The notes under the pieces were generated by a model, which saw nothing but the letters and a program-made list of their open reading frames with translations, had not been told where the DNA came from and ran no database searches. A stretch of 32,000 bases of DNA from Mycoplasmoides genitalium G37 (lineage in GTDB: Bacteria; Bacillota_I; Bacilli_A; Mycoplasmatales; Mycoplasmoidaceae): the NCBI RefSeq assembly GCF_000027325.1, contig NC_000908.2:60001-92000 (forward strand), in the 5' to 3' direction. Shown one piece after another: positions 22,620-28,227 of the stretch. A program made the translations under genes and the position numbers. Position 1 is the first letter of the stretch. Each line of letters begins with the position of its first letter.

Positions 22620-24044
22620 GTGTTAAGACGTTATCTAACTCTGAGTTTTTCTAGCTTGCTTTTATTAGCACTGCTGTTTTTAACAGGCTGTTCTTTTGTT
22701 AGACCACAATTTCGCAGGGGCTTTAGAACCCAGTTTAAAATTAACTCTATTCCAACTGTTAGTGATCCTTATCACATTAACTACGACTTAACTTTTTCAT
22801 TAAACTTTGCTTCCAACAAAAGAAATACTTATGGTACTGGTTGGTTAATTGATTGGAAAGGAGATGAAAATAACCCTGAGAAAAATGATCCTTTTAAAGT
22901 TTATTTAGCTACTAACCTCCATGTGATAGATGCTTTAAGAAATAATAATGACTATGAACCATATAACAAGGATAGTAATAACCAAGCTTTTAATAGTGAA
23001 GAGATCACTAGGTTCTTTTCTATAGGTAAATACACATATCCTAGTATTTTTAGTGAATTAAATTTCATTATCAATGCTAGAGAAGCGTTTGTTTCGATTC
23101 AAACCTCTACTATTCCTAAAACTGCTTATGCTGCTGTTAACTTTGTTGAAACACAAGGAGAGGATGAAAGTTATACAGATTCATTATCAACTGATAATAA
23201 AAGAGATATTTATGCGGATTTTGCTGTGATAGAAATTCCCTTATTCTTAACTAACCATCGCGATTATCAAGTATTTAATGAATTTATTAAACCAGCAATA
23301 GAAACATACAAACAACTAGGAAACTCTTCCTTTGAAAAAAAACAACTAGATCAACATAAAAACGACAACTTTTACATGTTAGGTTATCCTTTGGTTGAGA
23401 GTAGCATAGATGCTCTAATTTTGAACCAAAGAAGACAGTACAATAACAGTTATACTGAAAAATATACTCCTCAAACTTTAACCAAAGATCAACGTACCAT
23501 TGACTTAAGCAGAGAAGTTCCTACTTTAATTCAGAACAAAACAGAAAACTCTACAGGAAGTCAATTACTAGTAAATCAATCTTTAAGTAGTACATCTGAA
23601 GGGATTATTGAATTTATTAAGTTACCTGAATTTAAACTCAATTATCATAATAAAAGTTACCGTCAATATGGTAGAGGTTTTGCTCTACAAAACACTAACT
23701 TTAGACCAGGTTCTTCAGGAACTTTAATGTTAAATAACCAAAAACAGATAGCAGGTATTTATTTTGGTGTTTTAGATTTTGGAGAAGATGTAAGTTTAAT
23801 GAGTAACATTGGCGTTGGACAAATTCTTCGTGTTCCTCAAAAGAACAATACTAGAAATAGATCAATTGCTACTAATAAAAGCAACTATGATTTGATCTTT
23901 GGTGATAGCAATACAACTAACTTTTATGCAAAATTTGCTAGACAAAATAACACCCATCTTTATCAGATGATTTCAAATAGTAAAGATACAAAATTAAAGT
24001 ATGTGAATACTGTTGAAAAAACAGTAAAAGCTAGTATTAAATAA
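22620..24044 (+). CDS. Lipoprotein with a trypsin-like serine-protease-type domain (DUF31-like), paralogue 2 (474 aa)
   Basis: The GTG start is the first start after an upstream TAA. MLRRYLTLSFSSLLLLALLFLTGCSF carries lipobox LTGC. Motifs: GTGWLIDW, ATNLHVIDA, YADFAVIEIPLF, FRPGSSGTLMLNN. It is collinear with the upstream paralogue. Confidence 0.85.
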   Translation: MLRRYLTLSFSSLLLLALLFLTGCSFVRPQFRRGFRTQFKINSIPTVSDPYHINYDLTFSLNFASNKRNTYGTGWLIDWKGDENNPEKNDPFKVYLATNLHVIDALRNNNDYEPYNKDSNNQAFNSEEITRFFSIGKYTYPSIFSELNFIINAREAFVSIQTSTIPKTAYAAVNFVETQGEDESYTDSLSTDNKRDIYADFAVIEIPLFLTNHRDYQVFNEFIKPAIETYKQLGNSSFEKKQLDQHKNDNFYMLGYPLVESSIDALILNQRRQYNNSYTEKYTPQTLTKDQRTIDLSREVPTLIQNKTENSTGSQLLVNQSLSSTSEGIIEFIKLPEFKLNYHNKSYRQYGRGFALQNTNFRPGSSGTLMLNNQKQIAGIYFGVLDFGEDVSLMSNIGVGQILRVPQKNNTRNRSIATNKSNYDLIFGDSNTTNFYAKFARQNNTHLYQMISNSKDTKLKYVNTVEKTVKASIK

Positions 24045-24081
24045 AACAAAATAGTGACTTTCTTTTTTTATACTCATAAAA

Positions 24082-24408
24082 ATGGAAAATCAAAACAGTT
24101 GTAGTTCTGTAAAAGAAAAAGAGTTATATAATCCAAAAAAGCCTTTTCTTTTTGCGGTAATTTCTTTCTTTGTTTTCATAATATTTTTTGCTTTAGCAGG
24201 TTCATTTACCAAATTTGCATTAGAAGAAAGCAGGGGTTATAGTTTTCTTGTTATTGTCTGTTATCTTCTAGGAACAGTTTGTTTTTTTGTTTTTATCTAT
24301 TTTTGGTTTTGATTCTTATCTGAATTTTTTGCAAATAGAGTTCTAGTTAAGTTATGAGATTTACCTACTAAAAAGAGAAGAAAAAGACATGCAAAAAAAC
24401 AAAGATAA
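24082..24408 (+). CDS. Hypothetical 2-TM membrane protein with a basic C-terminal tail (108 aa)
   Basis: Piece 24082..24312 ends at TGA. Read-through gives ...WFLSEFFANRVLVKLWDLPTKKRRKRHAKKQR and stops at TAA 24406-24408. It has two hydrophobic helices and sits 37 nt after the lipoprotein gene on the same strand. Confidence 0.5.
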
Positions 24409-24420
24409 TTAGTTAAGTTT

Positions 24421-24457
24421 TAATAACTCAGTTGGCAAATAAATTAGGGAGTTATTA
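24421..24457 (+). terminator. Weak candidate hairpin after the 108-aa ORF
   Basis: TAATAACTC (24421-24429) and GAGTTATTA (24449-24457) form perfect 9-bp arms around a 19-nt loop, with a T-run at about 24466-24471. The stem is AT-rich and the loop long, so termination is doubtful. Confidence 0.25.
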
Positions 24458-24504
24458 GAACGCTATTTTTTATTAATTTAAGTGTTTGTTTAAAATTTAT
24501 TAAG

Positions 24505-24530
24505 TACTTTTTTAACTTGTTAAAAAAGTA
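24505..24530. promoter_or_regulatory. Perfect 12-bp-arm palindrome (possible operator or hairpin)
   Basis: TACTTTTTTAAC tt GTTAAAAAAGTA, ending 21 nt upstream of the GTG at 24551. Confidence 0.3.
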
Positions 24531-24550
24531 GTTATTTTATTAGTTGGAAA

Positions 24551-25555
24551 GTGCAAAAAGAATTAAATATTTCAAATGATAAAAAGACTTGTTTAAATGA
24601 AATAGAAACAAGCAAAGTTAAATTTCTAACAACAACTTTAATTTTGTTGTGATCAATATTAATAACACTCTTAGTTGTTGTTAGTGTATTAGCATTTAAT
24701 TTCATTTTATTAGGATCTACTAAACAAGGATTACCAAATACCAATGAAATAGAGACACTAAAAAGTTCATTAGCCTTGCAATTATCACAAAATGGTGTGA
24801 TCTTATCAATAGCACTACTTGCTTTTTTTAGTTGGATGGCAATTGTTGGAATTCACAGCTTTTTAGTTGGAATTTTAGTTAATCATCAAACACTTAAAAT
24901 AAGTAAAAAGTATGTTATTTTAGGTTCGATTTTTCCAATTATGGCATTAACAAATACTCTTGTAATTAGAAAAAAATTAAAAGCTTTATTAGGAGAGGGT
25001 AAGGTTCAAAAAGGACTCAAAGTTTTAACTATTAGTTTTATTTGTGTTTGAAGCTTGCAATTGATAATAGGCTTTTTTGTATGACTTTTTCCTTATGCTG
25101 GTGAGGCAGGAATTAATATAGGAATTAATTTATCTATTTTTAATTTGGCTCAGTTAGTAGGCTCAGATATAAATGTAATAACTTACTTTACAACTTTTTT
25201 AACGCTGCTTTTTGCATTTCTTTCATGAGCCGTATTGCATGTTTTAGCTTGCTTTATTTTGGTACATTTGACTATTTATAAACAACAAGAATGAATAAAA
25301 ATTAAAGCTATTTACATTTTGGCTTTAACCTTAATTGATTTAATGGGTTTAATTTTGGCTTTTGGTATTATTGTTGTTAACAATACAAATTCTTCAAGTG
25401 TTGATGCAAAATCAAATTCCTTAGCATTAATTTTTAAGTTCATTTATTTTGGTAGTTCTATAGCAGCCTTTTTAACAGTTTTAAGTTTTGCTAGTTCAGT
25501 TGCTTTACTTGTCAATTTAATAAAAAAAGATAAGGGATTAACCTTAAAAAATTAG
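24551..25555 (+). CDS. Hypothetical polytopic membrane protein (334 aa if the GTG start is correct)
   Basis: Frame 2 is open from 24524 to TAG 25553-25555 once 5 in-frame TGAs are read as Trp. This unites ORF-track pieces 24776..25051 and 25319..25555. Each of those Trp residues lies in or beside a hydrophobic segment (LLWSIL, CVWSLQ, FVWLFP, LSWAVL). There are about 8 hydrophobic helices. I recognise no family. Confidence 0.55.
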
Positions 25556-25561
25556 TTAACC

Positions 25562-25998
25562 TCCCCCAACCTCTATTTTCTGTTACTAGTGCCTAAGGTG
25601 GTATTGGAGTATCACAAGCTCAGTAAGGATGTAGTCAAAGAGAGTTTGGGGGTGGATACATCAGGTTCAACTTTTGATCCAACTAAAAGGTTGAAAAAAG
25701 ATAGTCCAATGAAGGATTCAAACAAAGACAGTGAGAAACTCACCGAAGCAACTGCTTCATCCATGAGTAGTGGTGGGGCTACATCCACTCGCAAGGCCCT
25801 CAAGGTTGAGGTGGAGAAACAAAGTGGATCAACTGATTCACTTTTAAAAAACGACTTTGCTAAAAAGCCACTAAAGCATAAAGAAAATAGTGGGGAGGTG
25901 AAGTTGGATGCGAGTGGGGAGTTTGCCAATGATAAAGCCTGAAAACCGGTGTTGAAAACAGATGAGATAACAAGAGAGAGGGGGATGGGGGCGACTTA
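25562..25998 (+). pseudogene. MgPar block resembling mgpB region B (frame 2)
   Basis: SPNLYFLLLVPKVVLEYHKLSKDVVKESLGV...TASSMSSGGATSTRKALKVEVEKQSGSTDSLLKNDFAKKPLKHKENSGEVKL...WKPVLKTDEITRERGMGAT, then TAG 25996-25998. Confidence 0.75.
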
Positions 25999-26598
25999 GA
26001 CTTTCTCCCCTGAATCGGCAATGGTTATTCCTTCTCCAACTCCCCCTCCCCTTCTTCTTCTTCTTCTACTACTTCTACTTCCTCTTCTACCCCACTCCCC
26101 ACTTTTTCTAACATCAATGTTGGGGTTAAATCAATGATCACTCAACACTTAAATCAGCAAAACACCCGGTGGGTGTTTACCCCTAACTCTTCACCAGACA
26201 TCTGAACGGGAGCAGGGTATCGCAAGGGTTCATCAAACACCAACGGCATTCCCTTCGACCAGGTGAAACCTAGCAATAATAGTCAACAGTTTAATCCCAA
26301 TTCAGATGATAATAAAGTCACTTCAGGTGGCTCCTCCAAACCAACCACCTACACCCATTTACCCAACAGTATCAGTCCCACCAGTGACTGGATCAATGCG
26401 TTGACTTTCACTAATAAGAATAACCCGCAAAGAAACCAACTGTTGCTCAGAGCACTGTTAGGAACGATCCCGGTATTGATCAATAAGAGTGGAGGAAGTG
26501 GGAATGAGTTTACCCATACGAGTGAGCAGCAGTGAAACGAAACAGATAAATTAGGAGGTAACCTCCCGGGGTTTGGGGAGGTGAATGGCGGTTTTTAC
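25999..26598 (+). pseudogene. MgPar block resembling mgpB region EF (frame 1)
   Basis: DFLPWIGNGYSFSNSPSPSSSSSTTSTSSSTPLPTFSNINVGVKSMITQHLNQQNTRWVFTPNSSPDIWTGAGYR...[37 protein letters not shown]...GNLPGFGEVNG. Confidence 0.75.
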
Positions 26599-26785
26599 CC
26601 AGTTTTACTTATTTAATAGTTAAAAAAGCTTTAGATTTTTATCAAATTTTTATCTATTTAATATTTAAGAAAGTCGCAAATTTTTATCAGTTTATTGGTC
26701 AAAGAAGTCGCAAATTTTTCTTAGTTTTTTATTTGCTTAATGGTTAAAAAAGCGTTAGTTTTTACCTTTATTTAATTAATAAACT
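26599..26785. repeat. AT-rich intra-MgPar spacer with two pairs of imperfect direct repeats
   Basis: A1 is 26613-26641 (TTAATAGTTAAAAAAGCTTTAGATTTTTA) and A2 is 26737-26764 (TTAATGGTTAAAAAAGCGTTAGTTTTTA). B1 is about 26668-26693 (AGAAAGTCGCAAATTTTTATCAGTTT) and B2 is about 26702-26727 (AAGAAGTCGCAAATTTTTCTTAGTTT). The order is A-B-B-A, all direct. Confidence 0.8.
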
Positions 26786-27545
26786 TCGCCACCCCCATCA
26801 CCGATTCTAAGGCTGATCTGGTTAGTTTGGCACAACTAGATGATTCCTATCAAATCTCCGACCAAACCATCCATAACACCAACCTGTTTGTGTTGTTCAA
26901 GTCCAAGGATGTGAAGCTTACATATAGTTCAAGTGGCTCAAATAACCAGATTAGTTTTGATTCAACTAGTCAAGCTAACAAACCCGCCTACATCGTTGAA
27001 TTTACTAATTCCACCAACATTGGCATCAAGTGAAGCGTGGTGAAAAAATATAAGTTAGATGTGCCAAGTGTTTCAACAACCATGAACCAAGTGTTGCAAG
27101 AATTGATCCTTGAACAACCTTTGACTAAGTATACGCTTAATAGTAGTTTGGCCAAAGAGAAGGGCAAAAGCCAAAGGGAGGTGCATCTGGGTTCAAATTC
27201 AAATCAGTGACGATCGATGCGTGACCAACACGGCTTAAACAACAATCCCAGCCCAAATGCTTCAACTGGATTTAAACTCACTACCGGCAACGCATATAGA
27301 AAACTAAGTGAGTCCTGACCAATTTATCAACCAATTGATGGGACCAAGCAGGGCAAAGGGAAGGATAGTAGTGGGTGGAGTTCAACTGAAGCAACAACGG
27401 CAAAAAATGATGCGCCCAGTGTTTCTGGAGGGAGATCATCAGATCAAAGTAATAAATTCACCAAGTACCTCAACACCAAGCAAGCATTGGAAAGGATCGG
27501 TATCTTGTTTGAAAGTAATGGAGAGGCGAGGAATGTTGTTAGCCT
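26776..27545 (+). pseudogene. MgPar block resembling the mgpC (P110/MG192) variable region (frame 1)
   Basis: FATPITDSKADLVSLAQLDDSYQISDQTIHNTNLFVLFKSKDVKLTYSSSGSNNQISFDSTSQ...EFTNSTNIGIKWSVVKKYKLDVP...LILEQPLTKYTLNSSLAKEKGKSQREVHLGS...NNNPSPNASTGFKLTTGNAYRKLSESWPIYQPIDGTKQGKGKDSSGWSS...KFTKYLNTKQALERIGILF. Confidence 0.7.
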
Positions 27546-27757
27546 CCTTCCTCTACTTTCAACCCAACAAGGTGAAAAGTGGTCAATACCAAACCACCAA
27601 CACCTACAACAAGTTAATTGAACCTGACAAGTGACAATCAAGTAGTGATTTGAACAATATGACCAACTTGTTAAAACTCCTAACAACTAAAAATGTGAAA
27701 GCAAAGTTGGGGAAGACAGCCCAATCTCAGGAAAATAGTGGGGGGGTGAAATGATAA
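27546..27757 (+). pseudogene. MgPar block resembling mgpB region G (frame 2)
   Basis: ...FQPNKVKSGQYQTTNTYNKLIEPDKWQSSSDLNNMTNLLKLLTTKNVKAKLGKTAQSQENSGGVKW, then TAA 27755-27757. The frame differs from the preceding block. Confidence 0.65.
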
Positions 27758-27934
27758 AAATGTTTTTAAATAACTACATTAATTCTCTTAAACTTACTAA
27801 ATTATTTTTCCATTTCGAACTATTATTTGAAAAAAGTTATTAATTGCAAGTTGATAAAGAAAATGAAGCAAAATAACAAGAAAGAATTATCTAAATTTAA
27901 ATAGACTAGAATTAAATTAAGACCAAAATGTTGC

Positions 27935-28207
27935 ATGCAAACAACATATGCTCTTTTAGTTGTTTTTGGAATTTTATTAGTTCTAATTGGACTAGGATTT
28001 TTATTTTGAGCTTTAAAAATTTCACTTAAAGAACAAAAGAAAGGTCAAATTACTAATGATTTGACTTCCAATAACTCACTTAAAAATGAAGTTCCTAGAG
28101 GGAGTTGATGAAAAAGAAACAACAAATTAGTTTTATTTTTGCTTGCAATAGTTTTTTTAATGCTAGGAATAGGTGGACTTGTTTCCCTTCCTAAGCTGTT
28201 TGGTTAA
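27935..28207 (+). CDS. Possible small 2-TM hairpin membrane protein (90 aa)
   Basis: My own code-4 translation, absent from the ORF track: MQTTYALLVVFGILLVLIGLGFLFWALKISLKEQKKGQITNDLTSNNSLKNEVPRGSWWKRNNKLVLFLLAIVFLMLGIGGLVSLPKLFG, stop TAA 28205-28207. It contains three TGA codons, two of them adjacent. It ends 20 nt before ptsG. Confidence 0.4.
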
Positions 28208-28227
28208 TAAAATTTAGTAGTTTTAAA

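Larger units (their letters stand above)
25558..27757 (+). repeat. MgPa repeat (MgPar): promoterless mosaic of mgpB/mgpC adhesin-gene fragments
   Basis: G+C content jumps abruptly (around half G+C in stretches such as 25981-26040, against strongly AT-rich flanks). Long code-4 reading frames have no start context and switch frame at block junctions. The translations match what I remember of MgPa (MG191) and P110 (MG192). Confidence 0.85.

Noticed and set aside
25612-25929. 105-aa minus-strand ORF inside the MgPar.
   Set aside because: It is the antisense shadow of the strongly adhesin-like plus-strand frame. It has no start context and no recognisable sequence.
26599-26785. Repeats in the AT-rich spacer, considered as a possible CRISPR array.
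   Set aside because: Each unit has only two copies. The units differ in length (about 26 and 28-29 nt) and are irregularly spaced. There are no cas genes, and the region sits inside a known type of adhesin-repeat cassette.
27308-27686. ORF-track entries 27308..27634 (+) and 27444..27686 (-), considered as genes.
   Set aside because: Both lie inside the promoterless MgPar. The plus ORF is off-frame relative to the mgpC-like homology for its first two thirds, and only its 3' end coincides with the mgpB-G-like frame. The minus ORF is antisense noise.
25558-27757. The G+C-rich island, considered as a horizontally acquired mobile element or prophage remnant.
   Set aside because: It has no integrase, transposase or terminal inverted repeats. 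Its content is fragments of the organism's own adhesin genes, and the composition reflects those genes.
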